In this document: positions 19,822 to 28,407 of the stretch, in pieces
Numbering within the stretch: position 1 is the first letter of the stretch
Layout of the letters: the number at the start of each line of letters is the position of its first letter
NCBI GenBank assembly: GCA_019358915.1
Contig: JAHHIM010000036.1
Location: 256,001 to 320,000, forward strand
From: Trichormus sp. ATA11-4-KO1
GTDB lineage: Bacteria; Cyanobacteriota; Cyanobacteriia; Cyanobacteriales; Nostocaceae
Direction of reading: 5' to 3'
Length of the DNA stretch: 64,000 nucleotides
Program-made: the position numbers and the translations under genes
The notes under the pieces: model-generated
What the model saw: the letters and a program-made list of their open reading frames with translations, nothing else
What the model was told of the DNA's origin: nothing
The model's database searches: none

Positions 19822-20140
19822 GGTAAACAAATAATCTTGAATAGCCAAAAAAAATGAGGGAAATGGGCGACAATTCAATAAGGTTTCTAAACATTAATCA
19901 TCCTTAAGCCATCAAAATTTGGTAGATGAAAGTTCGGTATAAGGAATAGTGTGCTAAATATTGTTATGTCTTAAATAACTTTGTACTGTCCGAGTGTCAT
20001 TACCTCGATTACCAGAGTGACAAAACAGAGTTAAGTACAGCCCGCCGTAAAAAAGGGTCGAAAATAAGGGAAGATAATTCTTTGCAGGAAAGTTCAGAGA
20101 ATTGAAGTATGCGGGGGCGCACCTCTAAAATATAGCAAAT

Positions 20141-20521
20141 ATGGTTTTTCAATACACAGAAGCACTTGTTACCATCGCATCTATTAATCTTGAGGATTTG
20201 GTAGATTTTTATGCCCAGTTACTGGGGCAAAAACCCATCAATTTCATCCCAAATATCTATGCAGAATTTCAACTTACTGGTGTGCGATTGGGTATTTTTC
20301 AACCGAAAAAAACACATGCATCTGAATTTACAACTTCAGCAAAAAGTAAGATAAGTTTGTGTCTAGAGGTGAGTAATTTAGAAGCAGCGATCGCTCACCT
20401 GAACATCCTAGGCTATCCACCCCCTGGAGATATCTCAATTGCTTCCCACGGTAAAGAAATTTATGCCTACGACCCCGACGGTAATCGTCTCATTCTGCAT
20501 CAAGCCCTGAAAAGCCTATAG
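20141..20521 (+). CDS. VOC/glyoxalase-family protein
   Basis: FYAQLLG, LCLEVSNLE, YAYDPDGNRL motifs. Confidence 0.85.
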   Translation: MVFQYTEALVTIASINLEDLVDFYAQLLGQKPINFIPNIYAEFQLTGVRLGIFQPKKTHASEFTTSAKSKISLCLEVSNLEAAIAHLNILGYPPPGDISIASHGKEIYAYDPDGNRLILHQALKSL

Positions 20522-20581
20522 GTGGGAAAGTAATTAGTACTTTTATGGGGATAATTAATTAATGATTATTGGTAATTTAGT

Positions 20582-21466
20582 ATGTCTATAACTCAAAATT
20601 ATAAATTGAACCTCATCCAATGGTATCCAGGCCATATTGCCAAAGCGGAAAAGAATCTTAAAGAACAGCTAACACGGGTAGATGTAGTACTAGAAGTACG
20701 AGATGCACGGATTCCTTTAGCAACACATCATCCGCAAATAAATGAATGGGTAGGGAATAAAGCGCGGATATTGGTATTAAACCGATTAGATATGATTACT
20801 CCCCAGGTGCGATCGCTATGGGTAGATTGGTTTAAGAGTCAGGGCGAGGTAGCTTATTTTACTAACGCTAAGCAAGGTCAAGGCGTAGTGGCAATTTCTA
20901 AAGCAGCTCAGGCGACTGGAGTGGATCTCAACCAAAGAAGACGCGATCGCGGGATGTTACCTCGTCCAGTTCGGGCTGTGGTCATTGGTTTTCCCAATGT
21001 TGGCAAATCAGCCTTGATTAACCGTCTTCTAGGAAAGCGCGTGGTTGAAAGTGCAGCTCGTCCCGGGGTGACTCGCTCTTTGCGCTGGGTGCGGATTTCC
21101 GAACAGTTAGAATTATTAGATGCTCCTGGTGTCATTCCTTTAAAAATGGGAAATCAAGAAGCAGCTGTGAAGTTAGCAATTTGTGACGATATTGGTCAAG
21201 CATCTTACGATAATCAGCTAGTTGCATCAGCATTCGTAGATTTACTAAATGACCTCCAAGATCAAGCAAGTGAATTGTTACCCCGCTCACCCTTGTATTC
21301 CCGCTACGAACTAGACCCCATACCCCATACAGGAGCAGCATATTTACATGCCTTGGCGGAGCATCGTTACAAAGGAGATGTAGAGCGTGCTGCTAGGCAT
21401 CTTTTAACAGATTTTCGTAAGGGTTTGTTAGGTACTATTCCTTTGGAATTACCACCCAACGTATAA
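20582..21466 (+). CDS. ylqF: Ribosome biogenesis GTPase YlqF/RbgA
   Basis: IQWYPGH, EVRDARIP, GFPNVGKS, PGVT, LLDAPG (circularly permuted GTPase). Confidence 0.95.
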   Translation: MSITQNYKLNLIQWYPGHIAKAEKNLKEQLTRVDVVLEVRDARIPLATHHPQINEWVGNKARILVLNRLDMITPQVRSLWVDWFKSQGEVAYFTNAKQGQGVVAISKAAQATGVDLNQRRRDRGMLPRPVRAVVIGFPNVGKSALINRLLGKRVVESAARPGVTRSLRWVRISEQLELLDAPGVIPLKMGNQEAAVKLAICDDIGQASYDNQLVASAFVDLLNDLQDQASELLPRSPLYSRYELDPIPHTGAAYLHALAEHRYKGDVERAARHLLTDFRKGLLGTIPLELPPNV

Positions 21467-21504
21467 ACAGGCTTTTTCCGTGTTTTTTGAGTAGCATTTG
21501 AGCA

Positions 21505-21676
21505 TCAAAAATCTGGGCATTCAGTTTTGGTGACATCAGGATGGCAATAGTACGCTAGTACCGACTGAATGTTGTCACCCGTCACCCAGCCAGTAAGCAA
21601 CCTTCTCTGGGGATACCCCAGACGCGATCGCCCAAGTAGCGAATGTATGGCGAGTACTGTAAACCCTCAGGTATTC
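21505..21676 (-). pseudogene. C-terminal remnant of a tyrosine recombinase/integrase
   Basis: Removing a 7-bp duplication (GTCACCC x2) gives EYLRVYSTRHTFATWAIASGVSPEKVAYWLGDNIQSVLAYYCHPDVTKTECPDF*, with RHTFAT, LG and catalytic-Tyr regions. Confidence 0.8.
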
Positions 21677-21854
21677 ACATCTTGCACCAAGCGACTGAAG
21701 TCGCGCGCTGGTTCCAAATCCTTGATTTTACATTAGTCCGCGTAGGACGTTCGGCGAAGCTACTTCGACAAGGCTCAGTACAAGTCAGTCGAGCCGCGGA
21801 CTTCGTTTGTATAGCCACGAATTTCATTCGTTGGGGCTAGGTGCAAAATATGTG
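21676..21854. mobile_element. Palindromic MITE/REP-like element with nested small repeats
   Basis: Ends CACATCTTGCACC / GGTGCAAAATATGTG; internal GCGACTGAAGTCGC and AGTCCGCG...CGCGGACT hairpins. Confidence 0.7.
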
Positions 21855-21980
21855 TTGGGTGGCTCCGGGGTGATTGGTGAGCCGTTGGCAGGTGCTATTG
21901 GTGGCGTGGCCACGGCACTGCTTGGTTACTTCGTGCAGAGGCCAAGCGGTACAGAGACTAAATCTGGGGATTCTTTTTAG
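21852..21980 (+). pseudogene. 3' remnant of a small Gly-rich membrane protein
   Basis: VLGGSGVIGEPLAGAIGGVATALLGYFVQRPSGTETKSGDSF*; begins at the MITE boundary. Confidence 0.5.
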
Positions 21981-22327
21981 TAACGGAAGACTTGATCGCC
22001 GCTCGTGGGCGTGGGGGAGAACTGGCACTGTGGATTCGTGAAACTTGAATAAATGCAAAATTTTTTTGCTTACATAACTCCCATAAAGTACCCGGAGGCT
22101 ATGGGGTGGCGCTTCGTGGTGGAATTAGCCAAAAAATAATGACTGCTTCAAGGATAATGCACTTTACTTCATTTTACTACTGATGCCTTGTATCTAAAGA
22201 TATATATCTCTATTTACATTTTATATCTAAAGGTAGAGAATAACGGTTAACGCAAATTTGGGAATTTTTCGAGGGGTTGATTCCCAAAAAAACCTGCCTA
22301 TTCACCGCAGAGTGCAACCGAGGCCAG

Positions 22328-23350
22328 ATGACGCAAGCTTTCAATCGAGTCCAACAGTGGGAACAACGTCGTGATGAAGCCAACCGCTACTACAAGCAGG
22401 GGAAGTTTCAAGAATATCTCAATTTTGCCAGTGAAAATTTACAGTTAGCTAGAGACATTCGAGATCGAGCTAGAGAAGGTCATACATTGAATGATATCGG
22501 TTTAGCTTATCTCCATTGCTGCCAACCTCAAAAAGCATCAGAGTGTTTTCATCAAGCACTTGCGGTTGCTATTGAACTTGGTGATACGCGAGCAGAGGCG
22601 ACAGCACTCAGCAATTTAGGTTCTACCTACAGCCGTCTAGGAAGATTTTCGCAAGCGCTGGAGTCTTTTGACAAAGGATTGCAAATCTTTAGGAAATTGC
22701 AGGATACCCAAGGTGAGGCTTCTACGCTCAATGATATGGCACTGATTTACGCCAGATTGGGTGAACCAAAACGCTCGCTGTTGTTACAGTACCAAATTTT
22801 ATCGATGCGGCGATCGCTAGGAGATTTTTCTGGTGAAGCAAATACGCTCAATGGCATTGGCTTTGCTTACAGCACCTTAGGTCAGTTTGAACAAGCTTTA
22901 GAATTTCTGCAAGCAGCACTACCAATTCAACGAGCCACCAAGAATTTGGTGGGTGAAGCTACCACCTTGAATAATATTGCCTCCGTCTATGGTGATTCAG
23001 GGCAACCAAAAAAAGCATTATTACTTTACTACCAGGTTCTTTTGACACGTCGAGCAATAGGCGATCGCGCTGGTGAAGCAACTACTTTGCAAAACCTTGG
23101 TTTTACTTACAATATTGTGGGGAATAATCGCCAAGCTCTCAAGTATTACAAGCAAGCGATCGCAATTTATCAAGAACTTAGTGATTGTTTGGGAGAAATT
23201 TCCACTTTGCTGAATATGGGAAGTCTTTACGCCACGACGAAACGCAAAAAGTCAGCGCTATTGTGCTACCAAAATGCCCAAGAGTTAGCCCAAGGTATCG
23301 AATGTCAGCCTCTCCTGAAAAAGGTACAGCAGTTTAAGGATGCTCTTTAA
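22328..23350 (+). CDS. Tetratricopeptide repeat protein
   Basis: About seven 40-aa repeats of the GEATTLNNIG...Y...G...AL type; no CHAT domain; ATG 22328 preferred over TTG 22277. Confidence 0.9.
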   Translation: MTQAFNRVQQWEQRRDEANRYYKQGKFQEYLNFASENLQLARDIRDRAREGHTLNDIGLAYLHCCQPQKASECFHQALAVAIELGDTRAEATALSNLGSTYSRLGRFSQALESFDKGLQIFRKLQDTQGEASTLNDMALIYARLGEPKRSLLLQYQILSMRRSLGDFSGEANTLNGIGFAYSTLGQFEQALEFLQAALPIQRATKNLVGEATTLNNIASVYGDSGQPKKALLLYYQVLLTRRAIGDRAGEATTLQNLGFTYNIVGNNRQALKYYKQAIAIYQELSDCLGEISTLLNMGSLYATTKRKKSALLCYQNAQELAQGIECQPLLKKVQQFKDAL

Positions 23351-23351
23351 A

Positions 23352-23417
23352 AGTGCTGAGTGCTGAGTGCTGAGTGCTGAGTGCTGAGTGCTGAGTGCTG
23401 AGTGCTGAGTGCTGAGT
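23352..23417. repeat. Perfect STRR heptamer array (AGTGCTG)9
   Basis: Nine identical 7-bp units plus AGT, between convergent genes. Confidence 0.95.
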
Positions 23418-23448
23418 AGGGAAAAGTATCTAGTCTTGCTGCTCAGTA

Positions 23449-24411
23449 CTACTGAACCAATATTTCTAAAAGCGATCGCTCTATGACTTGACTGACAAAT
23501 TGATTGCCTTGCAAGTTGAGGTGTATGTGGTCTTGGTACAGGGCTTTCGCGTTTGGTGTGGAGTTGAGTAAAGGTAAAAAATCTATATATGTAATTTGCT
23601 GCGCTTTAGTAAAGTCAATCAGCCTTTGACGGGTTTTAATTTCGTAATCGCGGGGGCCTGGTTCACCAAGTTCTCGCAACAAAGGAGTCATAACAAGGAG
23701 AAATTGGCTGTTGTTTTGCAGAGTTAGCGCTTGAATTTTCGCGATCGCCTCTAAATTAATTCCCACGCGATCGCCTGTTTCTGTATGCACTGCTTTCATT
23801 TCCGGAATTGGCTTTGGTTTGATAATATACCGTTGCCACACTTCCGCTAATGCCAGGGGAGGTTTTTTGTCTGGGTAGTTGCGATCGCGTCCTACTGGTA
23901 AAGAAGTGGGAGCAGTAGCAAATAAATCATCGGTATTAATTAATAACACTACTATCTGAGCATTAAAATTCCCAAATCTTTGTAAATACGCTAATTCGTT
24001 TCTTGGCCCCCAGGAGTTGGCTGAAGCATTAAGAACTTCTACTTCCTGATATTTACTAGTATTTAATGATTTTAATGAATGAGTGATCAGGCTGGATATT
24101 GTATTAGTCTGGTCTGTCCACCAGCCACCATTAGCGATGGAATCGCCGATAATTAGCACTCTGAGGGTAGAATCTGCGGGAGTTTTTTTAATTGGCTCAC
24201 TGCGCATGGAATATTCGTTAATGGCAATGCGATTACCAAAGCGACGAGTGCGCTGGTTGGGAGCTAATAAATAGCCAATTTCGGTATCACCAACGTAAAT
24301 TAGCGGATTACCAAAGCCAAAGAGCAACCTTAATCCTAATTCCATTACCACAGATAAACCGACAAGCACCAAAATAATGATTAGTACTAATTTCACTTGT
24401 AAATGCCCCAC
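23449..24411 (-). CDS. SGNH/GDSL hydrolase, membrane anchored
   Basis: IIGDSIANG, NTDD and DHIH (DxxH) blocks; N-terminal TM helix. Confidence 0.88.
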   Translation of the reverse strand: MGHLQVKLVLIIILVLVGLSVVMELGLRLLFGFGNPLIYVGDTEIGYLLAPNQRTRRFGNRIAINEYSMRSEPIKKTPADSTLRVLIIGDSIANGGWWTDQTNTISSLITHSLKSLNTSKYQEVEVLNASANSWGPRNELAYLQRFGNFNAQIVVLLINTDDLFATAPTSLPVGRDRNYPDKKPPLALAEVWQRYIIKPKPIPEMKAVHTETGDRVGINLEAIAKIQALTLQNNSQFLLVMTPLLRELGEPGPRDYEIKTRQRLIDFTKAQQITYIDFLPLLNSTPNAKALYQDHIHLNLQGNQFVSQVIERSLLEILVQ

Positions 24412-24472
24412 AACAAAACTTTTTTAGTGATGGGATCAAACCTCTCACTAATAACAAATTTTTTAACATAGT

Positions 24473-27349
24473 TTAATCGCTGACCAGCGTAACTTGCCCT
24501 CGGTCAACATAATACTTTGCCAGTATATTATTTAAATCATCATAAAATCTGACTTCAATGCCAACAGCGTGAGAAAGCCACTGAGCATCATCAAAATATT
24601 GTTGAATAGAAAAGCCATGTGCTGGATAACTGCGATTCCAAGCTGGCCATGCAATTTTATTCCAGTTATGACCTTCTGCCTTCAGTAAACTTTTGATTGC
24701 ACAAGTAGGTGTTGTACCTTTTCCTGCTTGATTACCCACTTTGACAATAATTTGTTGTATTTTCTTCACAAAAGGTGGATAATCTAACCAATCCAGCAAA
24801 GTAATTTGTGTCCTGCTTTTTAATTCATCGATAAAAGGTGAGACATTGTTTTTTTCAGTCAGAATAATTAGATGTTCAATAGCACGAGTTAAAGCAACAT
24901 AAAACAGGCGGTGTTCTTCATCAACTACTCGCTCAATGTTATCACCAAAAACACGGGTAAACATCAAATCTGGGTGGATTAATGGATAGCAACGAGGAAC
25001 AGCATCAAGTATTATAACTACATCTTTCTCAAGACCTTTATACTTGTGAGCAGTTGAGATAGTTAAAGCTTGCCTCAATTCTTCAGGAAGGAAAGAACGT
25101 AATAAATTCAATAATTTTTCGTGAGTGTTATGGTTTTTTCCTTGATGATTCACAAACCAAGGTAACTTATTTTTTCTGGTAAGTAAAACTATATTTTTAC
25201 CATCTTTGATAGGTTTATCTATTAGCCGCAGTATAGCAGGTGTAATAATATCTCCATAATGTTCATTTTGCTCCTTATAACTAGGTGTAAACTGTCCCAT
25301 ATCAGCAATTTCTACTTTGCCAAATATATTTTTATGGGCGCGAGCCGGAGTACCTAATCCCTGCATTAATTTATTACCAATATCAACAATTGATTTAGCT
25401 GAACGGTAATTAGTAGATATATTCAGTGTTTGCGATGGTTGAAAAATTTGTGCGAAATTATGATAAAAACGCAAATCAGAACCTGCAAAACCATTAATTG
25501 CTTGCCAATCATCACCAACACAGAAAAATTGTGCTTGAGGATTTTGTTCTCTAATTGCTATTATCAATTTGTGAAATAATTCTGAAAAGTCTTGATATTC
25601 ATCAATGAGTATGTATTTAAGATTCTTTATATCACCATCACCAGCTTTACGACAAAATACAGTTTTTCCTGACTGAATCATTGCCGCAGCTTTTTGTATC
25701 ATTCCATCAAAATCATCTTCACCTGTTTGTTTAAGGCGTTCTAGATAGGACTGATAAAATTTTTGTGCAAGTTCTAAAAAATGCTGCTCACTGTCACAAA
25801 TACAATGATGATTATCAATCATTGTGGCTAATTTCTCCGAAGTGAGAGATAGTTTGCGACAACGTTGGATAAATCCTTCAACTACCTTAGTAAAACGGTC
25901 GATAGCTCTAAGTTTTATTTTCTGCCAAATTTCATCTTCACTCAGGCGATCGCATCTAATACCATACTTTTCAATATTTTGCTTTAATGAAGCACAAAAA
26001 TTTTCTATTTTTCCATCTCTGAGCATCTTTGGTGATAGCTCTACAAAATGCCAGTTAGCTTGATATTGCCAATAATCTCGCTTTGCATCTGACATCAAAT
26101 CATAATCTGGATCGCCTTCGAGTCCGAAATATTCGATAACTATTCCTTGATGAACTCCAGTTTCAATTGTAAAATCAGGTCGATAATTAATGTTATTCCA
26201 CCAAAAATTACGTTCGTATTTATATTTGATATTATGTTCTAATAAGAAATTAGCAATGACTTTTTCACCAAAAGATTTGTAGTGAGTTCCATCTAATCCT
26301 TCTCTTGGTAATGAGCGACGGTAATGTAACATTTCTTTTGGACTTTTATCATAGCCACCTGAAACTATACGTTCCCAGTCTTCACGAAAGTGTGACATCA
26401 TCAAAACACGGATTTTCTCATAAACAACTGGGTTGCGGTGATATTCATAAATTACATTTTGTAAAGCTTTGGCTTTCTTCTGTTCACCATCTGGTTCATT
26501 AAGAAGAATGCTTTCTTCAGGATGAACTAATGCGTAAGCTAAGGCATGAAAAGTCATTACATGAGGAATAGAATTATTGGGTTGTAGGGTGAGGCGTTCT
26601 TTTATTTCTTCCGCAGCCTTTCGATTAAAGGCTAACAATAACATTTCATTAGGTGCAATACCGCAATGCTTTTGTAAAAATAAAGCTCAGTTTACCAAGG
26701 TGGAAGTTTTACCACTACCAGCCCTGGCTACTACTTGAATATGTCCTTCAACAGCACCAATTGCTGCTGCTTGCTCCATATCTGCTGGGGATTGCGAGTT
26801 AATATTAATCCAGTTTTGGATATATTTTAACTTTTCTAATTCATATTCATTCAAGGATATATATTTTGCACATTCATTTTTGTAAAAGTTATAAGCGTTA
26901 ATAAAATTTTGCTTAAATTGATATTTTAGGCTTTTGAGTAAAACTGGTAGATATAATTTGAGTTTTTTTACTGATTGTTCATTTTCAATAAAATCAATAA
27001 TTTCTTGATAGCAAATTAGGGGATGGAGTTTATTGAATTTTTTAATAAATTGATTTTTACTATATCTGAAAATAAAATTTTTTCCATAATCAACTCTAAT
27101 TATCAACTCAGAGAAATTTGCAACATTTATTTCACAAATTCTACCTTGGCTATAATATTGCATTCCCTTTATTTCATGTATAGAATGCTCATATTTAATC
27201 TTTTCGTCAAAGCGACTAACTACTCTCCCACAGATAATATTCCAGAGCTTATTATTATCACCAATAATCTCTGCAAACTTTTGAACAGTGTCAATCTTTA
27301 AGTCACTATTAATATTCTGCATAAATCTTACTAAAAAGCTCATACTCAT
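24473..27349 (-). pseudogene. UvrD/helicase IV-like SF1 helicase with nuclease-like insert, interrupted by one in-frame TGA at 26687-26689
   Basis: Walker A ARAGSGKT in the upstream ORF; LLLAFN, TFHA, IDEYQD, VGDDWQAINGF, NYRS, HKYKGLE and YVALTRA downstream; the two ORFs are in frame (LVN*ALFLQKHCGIAPNEMLLLAFN). Confidence 0.85.
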
Positions 27350-27416
27350 TTAATCGCCTACTTTCAGTTTTCCCGTAAACTGAGTATGAACTAACACTCA
27401 AGCAGAAAATTTAGAA

Positions 27417-27566
27417 TCAAAGTCTATATTGTGTTGTACTGTTGACACTATACCCATCTATAAAACCTGTGTCTATCACAAATTCAATAGTAAAATCTGG
27501 TATGTTTGGCAGTCGAAAAATTACATTTACGGTGGCGTGTCCGTCTTTGACAGTACCAGAAATCAC
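27417..27566 (-). pseudogene. Truncated clan AA (retropepsin-like) aspartic protease
   Basis: GTG overlaps the upstream stop (GTGA); MISGTVKDGHATVNVIFRLPNIPDFTIEFVIDTGF then degenerates, 49 aa. Confidence 0.72.
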
Positions 27567-27835
27567 TGTGAATCTCGCTCCAGGAACCCAGAGAAGGAAA
27601 CAGCAAATTTATAACCAATACGAATGCCGTATAGTCGAGCTAAGGGGTTTTTTTGCCGTAACAGGTGCGCTGATTCTCTGCCTGTTTTATCAATTGCGTA
27701 TTCACCTGTTTCTATATCGATAATCACCATCTTACCGATGTTCTCTGCTTGCTCCACTTGTTGACGAATGCGATTTTCGTATAGTTGTCTAGCACGGTTA
27801 GCAACTTCTTCTCGGCTCAGGAGTATGGCTTGCAT
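27563..27835 (-). CDS. Small DUF5678-like protein coupled to the aspartic protease
   Basis: IGKMVIIDIETGEYAID...YGIRIG pattern; stop overlaps the protease start. Confidence 0.65.
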   Translation of the reverse strand: MQAILLSREEVANRARQLYENRIRQQVEQAENIGKMVIIDIETGEYAIDKTGRESAHLLRQKNPLARLYGIRIGYKFAVSFSGFLERDSQ

Positions 27836-28079
27836 ATTTCTTGAGTAACTTCTGCGATTACGTGTTGAAGTAATATTGATACTATTGATACTCTATCTGT
27901 CATCATATCAAGGGTTTGCCGTTGACGATTATGCGATCGCCTGCACTACACTGAGCAAAAATGTTACTTGTTGCAAAGCTTAAACAAAATATTATGCGGA
28001 ATTTCGCTTGAACTGCAAATAGAAAGACTACAATCAAAACGGACAAATTAGCACTGTAACAAAGGAGGATTACAAAGCT

Positions 28080-28220
28080 ATGTCCGATTTAAATCGAGGA
28101 ATTATGAAATTTAAGGGTGCAGACTCCCCGAAAGTAGTCACCATCTCTACTGTACTGCTATTAGGATCGATCGCTGCCTTGATTATTTGGGCGCTGCAAG
28201 CAGCCTATGCGCTAAACTAG
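28080..28220 (+). CDS. ndhQ: NDH-1 small subunit NdhQ (46 aa)
   Basis: MSDLNRGIMKFKGADSPKVVTISTVLLLGSIAALIIWALQAAYALN resembles the NdhQ pattern (NRGIMKF.GADSP plus one TM helix) as I recall it; strong AAGGAGG RBS. Confidence 0.85.
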   Translation: MSDLNRGIMKFKGADSPKVVTISTVLLLGSIAALIIWALQAAYALN

Positions 28221-28407
28221 AAAACTAGCAGCTTAGGAATTAGGGGCTTAGGGGGACACTTGCAAAAAACGGTTTCCGCCGCGGCCAAGTGTCCATTAAG
28301 CAACTAAGTAAAAGCGCCCTAACCACCATCAAAAAATTTCAGAAAAACTTGAGAATTTGAGATTTGAGATTTTAGATGGAGTATAAGTCTCAAATCCAAA
28401 ATCCACA

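Noticed and set aside
19822..20140. Possible RNA element upstream of the VOC gene
   Set aside because: Only short weak stems; no recognisable family or strand-biased pairing
21643..22058. ORFs 21643-21840 (+) and 21837-22058 (-)
   Set aside because: They run across MITE sequence and antisense to the real gene remnants; no recognisable protein features
23352..23417. Tandem repeat as a CRISPR array
   Set aside because: Contiguous 7-bp units with no spacers; an STRR. No repeat-spacer array or cas gene seen anywhere in the window
26687..26689. Selenocysteine recoding of the helicase TGA
   Set aside because: The position fits Arg rather than a catalytic Cys, and I see no SECIS-like hairpin after the codon
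24473..27349. HIP1 depletion as proof of horizontal transfer of the helicase
   Set aside because: One HIP1 is present (25947) and native regions such as 1-3400 also lack HIP1, so the signal is not decisive
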